This document shows positions 1-5,956 of a stretch of DNA of 60,187 nucleotides, piece after piece (position 1 is the stretch's first letter; every line of letters begins with the position of its first letter). Both the position numbers and the translations under genes were made by a program. Source of the stretch: an uncultured bacterium (lineage in GTDB: Bacteria; RBG-13-61-14; DATKZS01); assembly GCA_964420375.1 (NCBI GenBank), contig CAYQTK010000001.1, forward strand, positions 1 to 60,187, given 5' to 3'. The notes below the pieces were generated by a model. That model did no database searches, had not been told where the DNA came from, and was given only the letters and a program-made list of their open reading frames with translations.

Positions 1-1410
1 ACCGTGCTCCAGGAGGACGTGGTGGTGACGGGCGGGATTTATAATGTGTTGATCGGTTCAGGTACTATAACTCCTGGCACGGAGAGCACTCTGGCCGATA
101 TTTTCAAGAACCATAAGGATGTCTGGATGGGTATTGAAGTTAATTCAGACGGTGAGATGTTGCCGCGTTCCAGAATAAGCAGCGTGCCCTATGCCCTTAG
201 TGCTTTAAACATGGATAGCATTGTATTGGGAGAATTTGTAGGAACCCCTGACTGGGATGGAGATTCATATCTCAAATCAGGCAACACTGTTGATTGCAAT
301 GACGGAACTGCATCGATATATCCTGGCGCTCCGGAATTATGCGACGGGATCGACAACCAGTGCCCGGGAGATCCCGGCTACGGACAGATCGATGAGTATT
401 GCAATTGTGTGGATAATGACGGCGACGGTTACGGAGACGATTGTGCTCCGGGGCCGGACTGTAATGACGGTGATGTGGACAATTGGGTTTCATGCGCCAC
501 CTGCCTTGACGGGGACAGCGACGCCTACTTCGACAACTGCGATGCCTACACCACCAGAAACGGCCCGGATTGCGATGACGGGGACTCCACCATATATCCT
601 GGCGCGCCCGAGCTGTGCGACGGGGTGGACAACCAGTGCCCGGGGGATGATGCTGGCTACGGAATAATTGATGAAGATGCATGCTATCCAGGGACGGTTA
701 TGATCCCCGCGGGCTGTTTCGACATGGGCGACCATTTTGACGAGGGAGGAAGCAATGAGCTTCCGGTGCATGAAGTCTGCATCACCTCGGACTTCTACAT
801 GGACGTGCACGAAGTGACCAACGCCGAGTACGAGGCCTGCGTGGACGCGGGCGACTGCACCGCGCCGAAATATTCGTACAGTGAAACCCGAGATCCTTAT
901 TACGGTAACCCGGACTATGACAACTATCCGGTAATCTACGTGGACTTGAACCAGGCCACCGATTACTGCACCTGGGCGGGCAAGAGGCTCCCCACCGAGG
1001 CGGAGTGGGAGTACGCGGCCCGTGGCGGGCTGGCTGGTAAGAGATATCCACATGGAGACACTATATCCTGTTCCGATGCTTGTTATGAAAGGGGTGATTC
1101 AAACGATGATTGCTGGGACTACGGTGGACTTGATAACGATACCCACCAGGTTGGTAGTTATCCGGCCAATGGCTACGGCCTTTACGACATGTCCGGCAAC
1201 GTCTGGGAGTGGGTGAATGACTGGTATCAGGGCGATTACTACAGCGTGAGCCCGACCAACGACCCACCCGGCCCTGATACGGGAGCGACTCGCGTTGTGC
1301 GCGGCGGCGCTTGGCTCTTCCCTCCGGACTCCCTGCGCGTAGCGGTCCGGAACGGCTACGGTTCGACTAATCGGCTCAGCTACCTCGGCTTTCGTTGCGC
1401 TCGGGACTGA
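1..1410 (+). CDS. Partial protein, open at the left window edge. Cys/Asp-rich MopE-like putative metal-binding modules are fused to a C-terminal formylglycine-generating-enzyme (FGE/SUMF1)-type domain.
   Basis: The frame is open to nt 1. Two near-identical modules C(N/D)DG..IYPGAPELCDG(I/V)DNQCPGD lie at about nt 290-400 and 570-680. C-terminal motifs RLPTEAEWEYAARGG, GNVWEWV, RVVRGGAW and LGFRCA are typical of the FGE-sulfatase fold. Confidence 0.8.
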   Translation, partial: TVLQEDVVVTGGIYNVLIGSGTITPGTESTLADIFKNHKDVWMGIEVNSDGEMLPRSRISSVPYALSALNMDSIVLGEFVGTPDWDGDSYLKSGNTVDCNDGTASIYPGAPELCDGIDNQCPGDPGYGQIDEYCNCVDNDGDGYGDDCAPGPDCNDGDVDNWVSCATCLDGDSDAYFDNCDAYTTRNGPDCDDGDSTIYPGAPELCDGVDNQCPGDDAGYGIIDEDACYPGTVMIPAGCFDMGDHFDEGGSNELPVHEVCITSDFYMDVHEVTNAEYEACVDAGDCTAPKYSYSETRDPYYGNPDYDNYPVIYVDLNQATDYCTWAGKRLPTEAEWEYAARGGLAGKRYPHGDTISCSDACYERGDSNDDCWDYGGLDNDTHQVGSYPANGYGLYDMSGNVWEWVNDWYQGDYYSVSPTNDPPGPDTGATRVVRGGAWLFPPDSLRVAVRNGYGSTNRLSYLGFRCARD

Positions 1411-1453
1411 TTACGCTTTGATACTTTTTCCCTTTTACCCTTTGGGGGGGTAT

Positions 1454-1483
1454 GCCTGCCTGTGCGTGCCGCACGCAGACAGG
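1454..1483. repeat. GC-rich palindromic repeat (family C), compact copy: GCCTGCCTGTGCGTGCC + GCACGCAGACAGG, flanked by G-runs
   Basis: The same 17-mer and 13-mer recur at 2326-2342 and 2371-2383. TGCGTGC/GCACGCA form a perfect 7-bp palindrome core. Confidence 0.7.
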
Positions 1484-1588
1484 GGGGGGGTGCCCCCCAT
1501 TCGAAATTTTTTTGAAAAATGAAAAATAAGCTTCCTGCTGTCCGGAAGGCGTATGATGCATGAGATCAGTGGTTTCATCTTCTCCATC

Positions 1589-1617
1589 TTGACGGGACCC
1601 TTTTCATCCGTTAATCT
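1589..1617 (+). promoter_or_regulatory. Candidate sigma-70 promoter of hicBA (TTGACG-17 nt-TAATCT)
   Basis: -35 TTGACG at 1589-1594 and -10 TAATCT at 1612-1617. This lies about 20 nt upstream of the hicB ATG at 1638. Confidence 0.35.
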
Positions 1618-1637
1618 TTTTCTAAAAGGCTGGTATC

Positions 1638-1871
1638 ATGGAACCATATCGCTTTACCGTGGAACTTTACCCGGACAATGAAGAGGGAGGCTATACTGCG
1701 ATTGTGCCTTCCTTGCCCGGGTGCGTCACGCAGGGAGAGACTTTGGACCAAACCCTGGAGCGTGCCCGAGAGGCCATCGCCGGTCATATCGAATGCCTGA
1801 AAGAGGACGGCAAGGACATCCCGGTCGAAGAAGAGCCGGAAGGCCGGTTCAAAGTCATCATCGCCGCATGA
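1638..1871 (+). CDS. hicB: HicB-family antitoxin (UPF0150 / type II TA)
   Basis: 77 aa. The N-terminus (YTAIVPSLPGCVTQGETLDQTLERAREAI) is typical of the HicB RNase-H-like fold. Its stop overlaps the hicA start (ATGA at 1868-1871). Confidence 0.8.
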   Translation: MEPYRFTVELYPDNEEGGYTAIVPSLPGCVTQGETLDQTLERAREAIAGHIECLKEDGKDIPVEEEPEGRFKVIIAA

Positions 1872-2092
1872 GTCCGAAACTCGCCCGCATCACCGGCAAG
1901 GAGATGTGCTCTATCCTGGAGAAACACGGGTTTCTCCTGAAAAGAGTAAAGGGCAGTCACCACATCTACGCAAGACCCGGACTTGATGGATATGTGACCG
2001 TGCCAGTGCATGGCAATGAAATCCTCAAGCCCAAAACTCTCAAGTCCATCATCAAACAAGCCGAGTTGGACCCCGATGACCTCGTAAAATAA
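1868..2092 (+). CDS. hicA: HicA-family mRNA interferase toxin
   Basis: 74 aa. The sequence KEMCSILEKHGFLLKRVKGSHHIY ... VPVHGNEILKPKTLKSIIKQA matches the HicA (YcfA) dsRBD-like toxin pattern. The true start is ATG 1868, in the frame of track ORF 1721..2092. Confidence 0.85.
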   Translation: MSPKLARITGKEMCSILEKHGFLLKRVKGSHHIYARPGLDGYVTVPVHGNEILKPKTLKSIIKQAELDPDDLVK

Positions 2093-2181
2093 TCCCCGTG
2101 ATGTTCAAGCAGGGAGTGGGCCTCATCAGTCCCCGGCCTCATTACTGCACCGGTATTTTGAGCCGGGCCGAATATGAAAGC

Positions 2182-2237
2182 CCCCCTCGCGGCAAGTAGG
2201 CTTTTGGGCTGAACGCGGCGAGGGGGTTGTTTTTTTC
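2182..2237 (+). terminator. Probable rho-independent terminator downstream of hicA
   Basis: A 9-bp GC stem, CCCCCTCGC (2182-2190) / GCGAGGGGG (2218-2226), is followed by TTGTTTTTTT. The loop is long (27 nt), which lowers confidence. Confidence 0.45.
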
Positions 2238-2325
2238 GTTGCACTGTAAACCTCGATTGATTTATCTTGATCCGCAACCGGGCGAGAACTGGTACAGCTT
2301 TTGGGGCCGCTTTCCCGGTGAACCT

Positions 2326-2383
2326 GCCTGCCTGTGCGTGCCCGCCTGCCTGTGCCGACAAGACAGACAGGCACGCAGACAGG
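2326..2383. repeat. Family C palindromic repeat, expanded copy with internal duplication
   Basis: GCCTGCCTGTGCGTGCC (2326-2342) and GCACGCAGACAGG (2371-2383) are identical to the copy at 1454-1483. A 28-nt insert separates them and itself repeats GCCTGCCTGTGCC and CAGACAGG. Confidence 0.7.
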
Positions 2384-2430
2384 AAAGCTTGCTTTCGCTT
2401 TCCCCCCCCGGCAAGTTCGCTTGCCGGGCG
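2383..2430 (+). repeat. Family B intergenic repeat, copy 1 (GAAAGCTTGCTTTCGCTTTC + GGCAAGTTCGCTTGCC hairpin)
   Basis: An identical 20-mer occurs at 2680-2699 and, as the reverse complement, at 38392-38411. GGCAAG-TTCG-CTTGCC is a 6-bp stem with a 4-nt loop. Confidence 0.75.
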
Positions 2431-2637
2431 CAGCCTGCCGTCGAGGTTTACAGCGTCCCGTGAGGACGGCGGACACGGGGCTCCCCTTTCACCAGGGTTT
2501 GAAACCCCTGGCTAATCTACAGCGCTCCGTTGGAGCGCAGGGGGAGACATAAACTGTTTGCCTTCTTTGTTGCCATACTCCACCTTCCCCGAGAGCAAGC
2601 TCTCGGGAAGAAAAGCGGCGGCAAGCCACCGCACTCC

Positions 2638-2679
2638 AAATTCCGGATATCGGACTGCAAATTCCGGATATCGGACTGC
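2638..2679 (+). repeat. Perfect tandem duplication of a 21-nt unit (AAATTCCGGATATCGGACTGC x2)
   Basis: Units at 2638-2658 and 2659-2679 are identical. They directly abut family B copy 2. Confidence 0.9.
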
Positions 2680-2725
2680 GAAAGCTTGCTTTCGCTTTCT
2701 CTGCCGGCAAGCTCGCTTGGCGGGC
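2680..2725 (+). repeat. Family B intergenic repeat, copy 2
   Basis: GAAAGCTTGCTTTCGCTTTC followed by TCTGCCGGCAAGCTCGCTTGGCGGGC. Collinear with copy 1 at 2383-2430. Confidence 0.75.
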
Positions 2726-2816
2726 TCCTTCTCTCCGAAAAGTACGATAAACTTAATTGTAAAAATCTGACCCCTCACGCATTTTCAAGCTGGGAACGCG
2801 GTTGTCTCGGCCGCAG

Positions 2817-2839
2817 ATAAAAGCGGGCGGGACGCCCGC
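2817..2839 (-). terminator. Probable rho-independent terminator (minus strand) downstream of the kinase gene
   Basis: On the minus strand: GCGGGCG-TCC-CGCCCGC (7-bp GC stem) followed by TTTTAT. It lies about 155 nt after the kinase stop at 2994. Confidence 0.45.
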
Positions 2840-2993
2840 GCTCCCAGGGACGCCGTCGTTCCATCTGCCCCCCTTTCATGTCGCAGCCCCCCCCGTTGCA
2901 TCCGCTATTCATATGCAATATGCTCTCCGATTATGAGGGGCAGTTGGCCGGACGCTTACGATGGTTTTTAAAAGTTATGGGGTCTGCGATCCA

Positions 2994-5393
2994 TTATTTA
3001 ACTGCCACGCTCCGCAGTGCGTTGAACAGCTCCCTTGCGTTCTCGAAGCGGTCATTGGGGTCTTTTTGCATGCATTGGAGGATGATGCGGTTGAGCTCTT
3101 CGGGTACGTCGGGGTTTTTCTCTCTGGCCTCCGGTGGGGGCGTATGGACGTGGTGATAGGTTGCGTCTCCGTGCATGAAAGGCAGCTTGCCGGTGGTCAT
3201 CTCGAACATGGTCACTCCCAGCGAGTAGATATCGGTGCGATGGTCTATGTCCTTTCCGAGCACCTGTTCGGGGCTCATGTAGTAGGGAGTTCCCGATGCT
3301 ATTGTCTGGTATCCTTTGACCTCTTCGAGCACCTTGGCCAGCCCGAAGTCCATGATCTTTACCTGCTTCTCGGGGGTCCACATGATATTGGAACTTTTTA
3401 TGTCGCGATGGACCACCCTCCTGCCGTGGGCGTACTCGAGGGCCTTGCAGACCTGGCCGGCTATCATGAGTATGGCGCGAGGATTGATGCAGGCCTCCCG
3501 GTTTAAGATGTCCTTTACAGTGTCGCCTTCTATAAACTCCATGGCGATGTAGTAAGTGTCTCCCTCCACGCCCGCGTCATAGACCGTTACAATGTGGGGA
3601 TGGTTAAGCCGGGCCGCGCTCTTGGCTTCGCGAAAGAAGTTTCGAAGCGCCTGGGGATGGTCCCGGAGGTTGGTGGGCAGGACCTTGAAAGCCACCATCC
3701 GCTCCAGCGTGGTGTCCTCTGCCTTGTAGACTATGCCCATGCCTCCCCTGCCGACTTCTTCCCGGAGGTTATATCGGGAAGGACGCTGCAGACTCTCACC
3801 GGAGGGGGCAAGGCTTTCCCGCGATACGGTGGTTGCCTGGTCCGCGCCGCTGGGTGTGTCCACCGCTGTCCGGCCGGACTTTATGGCGTTAAGCCTCTCG
3901 GAAGCGTCGCGGAAATGGAAGTCCAGAACCAGTATCTGTTCATAAAGCCCGGCAGCCTCCTCTTGTTCGCCCAATTGCTCCGAGCAGAAAGCGTACTGGT
4001 AGTAGTAGTCGAGATTATTGCGGGAGACCTCTTCGTTCTCCACCGTACGGTGGAAGTACTGGCGGGCCAGGTCATACATCTGTTTGTCGCGGAAAACCTC
4101 GCCCAGAAGAAAACAGGCCTCCTTGTAGGAGGGATCGTCCCTTTCAACTTTCTGTAAAGCGCTGATAGCCTGGTCGGAAAGCTCCTCTTCGATATAAGTG
4201 CGGCCCGCTTCCAGGTACTCGCCGGCCTTGTCCAGGGCATCCGCACGAGCCCTTTTATTGCCGGCTTTGCCGTAATAATCAGCGGCGTCCTTGTAGTCGC
4301 CGGCCTGCTCCAGCAGGCGGGCGGCATTGTCACTATCGCCCGCGGCCCCGTACATGGCCCCTGCTTCACGGAAATCTTCGGCCTTCTCGAAGTTAAGGGC
4401 GGCCTTTTCCCATTCTGAAAACCTCTGGTAGATACTTGCCGCCTGTTGATAATCGCCCGCCTCCTCCAGGTAGGGCAAGGCCTCGCGATCCTTGCCAAGA
4501 CCCAGGTAATAATGCGCGCGGAGACGAGCAGCCTCGGAGAGCCTGCCCGACTTCTCGAAACACTCCGCCGCCTTCAGGTTCTCGCCCGCCTTGAGATACT
4601 CCTCGCCCGCCTGGTCGAAGCTCTCCCCGCTCTCCAGCGTACGGGCGGTCTGCAAGCTCCAGCCGCCGGCACGGTATGCCTCGACCGCGTCCTCGTACCG
4701 GCCCGCCTTGAAAAACAAGTCGCCGGCCCGGCGGGAAAGAAGCCGCTGCGGCATGCTGTCGGCCTCGGCTATGTCTTCGGGAAGACGGGCCCGCTCCTGG
4801 CTGTAACAACGCCACAGAGCGTCCGCGGCCCGGCTCCACTCGTGCTTTGACTCGTATATGCGGGCCGCCTTGCGGAACAGCCCCTGTTCGAGGTAGATTT
4901 CGGCAGCCTTGTCAAAGCTGCCCCCCCGCTCGTAAATCTGGGCGGCTTGAATAATATCGCCGGCCTCGAGGTTCGCCCGGGCAGCCCGGTCAAAAACCCC
5001 GGCTTCTAAAAACAGCTCTGCGGCCCGCTTGTAATTCCGGCTTTGCAGGTAAGCCTCGGCGGCTTCCGACTTTCTACCCGCGGCAAGGTAGCTCTCTGCG
5101 GCCCGCTTCAGGTTGCCCCCCTTCTGGTAAAGCTCGGCCGCTTCCTCGAACCGGTTCATGTGGCTTTGTAAGTCACCGGCCACCCGGAAGGCCTCGACCC
5201 GGATCAGCTCCTGGACCTTCTTCTCGATCCAGCGCTGGCTCTTGCCCTCCAGCCTGACCTTGCTGGACTGGGCGAGCTCTCTCTCTTCGCGGTAAAGGGC
5301 AAGAAAAAAAATGAAAAGAAGCCCTACAACCACGATTGTGACCGATAAAAGCACGGGAAAATCCGGCAGGGGCATCTGTGACAACATCTCCAT
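2994..5393 (-). CDS. Membrane-anchored Ser/Thr protein kinase. N-terminal TM helix, about 25 tandem 13-residue Ala-rich helical repeats, C-terminal Hanks-type kinase domain.
   Basis: Kinase motifs GRGGMGIVYKA, AFKVL, HRDIKSSN, DFGLAK and SGTPYYMSPE lie near the C-terminus. The track start at 5465 would overlap queH, so I place the start at ATG 5393 (MEMLSQMPLPDF...), preceded by GGGGGA. Confidence 0.85.
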   Translation of the reverse strand: MEMLSQMPLPDFPVLLSVTIVVVGLLFIFFLALYREERELAQSSKVRLEGKSQRWIEKKVQELIRVEAFRVAGDLQSHMNRFEEAAELYQKGGNLKRAAESYLAAGRKSEAAEAYLQSRNYKRAAELFLEAGVFDRAARANLEAGDIIQAAQIYERGGSFDKAAEIYLEQGLFRKAARIYESKHEWSRAADALWRCYSQERARLPEDIAEADSMPQRLLSRRAGDLFFKAGRYEDAVEAYRAGGWSLQTARTLESGESFDQAGEEYLKAGENLKAAECFEKSGRLSEAARLRAHYYLGLGKDREALPYLEEAGDYQQAASIYQRFSEWEKAALNFEKAEDFREAGAMYGAAGDSDNAARLLEQAGDYKDAADYYGKAGNKRARADALDKAGEYLEAGRTYIEEELSDQAISALQKVERDDPSYKEACFLLGEVFRDKQMYDLARQYFHRTVENEEVSRNNLDYYYQYAFCSEQLGEQEEAAGLYEQILVLDFHFRDASERLNAIKSGRTAVDTPSGADQATTVSRESLAPSGESLQRPSRYNLREEVGRGGMGIVYKAEDTTLERMVAFKVLPTNLRDHPQALRNFFREAKSAARLNHPHIVTVYDAGVEGDTYYIAMEFIEGDTVKDILNREACINPRAILMIAGQVCKALEYAHGRRVVHRDIKSSNIMWTPEKQVKIMDFGLAKVLEEVKGYQTIASGTPYYMSPEQVLGKDIDHRTDIYSLGVTMFEMTTGKLPFMHGDATYHHVHTPPPEAREKNPDVPEELNRIILQCMQKDPNDRFENARELFNALRSVAVK

Positions 5394-5395
5394 GA

Positions 5396-5956
5396 TTATC
5401 CTGATCCCCCGTCTTTGTATTTGGCCGGAGCGCCTAGAAAACGGTCCCGCTCGCTGTAGATGCAACCGCAGTACTGCTGGCGGAAAAGCTCCATTGCCTT
5501 ACTCTTCTCAATCCCCTCTTTCCATCCTCTCCGGAAGTCGCGATACAGAAAAGGAACGCCCCTCTCTTCGCCGGCGGCCTCCCCGATCTCGCGTGCCAGG
5601 TCGTGGTGCTGCATCTTGGAGTAGAGGATGGTGGTGGAAAAAGCGTCGAACTTGCCTTGAGCGGCCACCCGTGCCGCAGCATCCAGGCGGCAGTGGTAAC
5701 ACAGCCGGCAGCGGAAGGACTCGCGGAAAGCCATCCTCCGGAACCATTCCTCCGGATCGTAGTGCGGCTCCTCGATCATCTTCAAGCCCGACTTTCGGGC
5801 GAAAGTGCGGGCGGCCTCCAACCGCCGCTGGAACTCCTGGTAGGGCTGCACGTTGGGGTTAAAGAAATAAAGCATGACCTCCATTGCCTCCGCACGGAGC
5901 GCATCCGCGGGGTAGACGGCGCAGGGCCCGCAGCAGACGTGAAGCAAGACCCTCAT
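5396..5956 (-). CDS. queH: Epoxyqueuosine reductase QueH (DUF208 family)
   Basis: Conserved Cys motifs HVCCGPC, CRLCYHC and YCGCIYSE. Start ATG 5956 overlaps the upstream stop (ATGA). Only 2 nt separate its stop from the kinase start. Confidence 0.8.
   Translation of the reverse strand: MRVLLHVCCGPCAVYPADALRAEAMEVMLYFFNPNVQPYQEFQRRLEAARTFARKSGLKMIEEPHYDPEEWFRRMAFRESFRCRLCYHCRLDAAARVAAQGKFDAFSTTILYSKMQHHDLAREIGEAAGEERGVPFLYRDFRRGWKEGIEKSKAMELFRQQYCGCIYSERDRFLGAPAKYKDGGSG

Noticed and set aside
1531-1550. SRP (4.5S) RNA-like GUCCGGAAGG motif upstream of hicB
   Set aside because: Only a match of about 10 nt in an AT-rich context. The long GC-rich helix 8 with symmetric and asymmetric loops of SRP RNA is absent.
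1454-2383. hicBA as an integron gene cassette with the flanking palindromes as attC sites
   Set aside because: I found no RYYYAAC / GTTRRRY core sites at the repeat boundaries. There is no intI integrase or attI in the window, and only one cassette-like unit is present.
2492-2511. tRNA/tmRNA-like T-arm (CCAGGG-TTTGAAAC-CCCTGG) in the non-coding island
   Set aside because: The stem is 6 bp with an 8-nt loop rather than 5 bp with 7 nt. No acceptor, D or anticodon arms can be drawn around it, and there is no CCA-proximal acceptor complement.
2638-2679. Possible CRISPR array (21-nt perfect tandem here; 27-nt-spaced GTGCGAG... units at 38452-38500)
   Set aside because: There are only two units in each case, with no or 4-6-nt spacers instead of unique spacers of about 30 nt. 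There is no leader and there are no cas genes in the window.
5394-5465. N-terminal extensions proposed by the ORF track for several genes: kinase to 5465, queH to 6034, hicA frame from 1721, unknown protein from 41496, 7TM-HD from 54366, membrane protein from 50342, TetR from 39821, XRE from 37456, lipoprotein from 34151
   Set aside because: The extensions overlap the upstream gene or a repeat element and lack an RBS. They add sequence unlike the family N-termini. Internal ATG or GTG codons with Shine-Dalgarno sequences give canonical N-termini.
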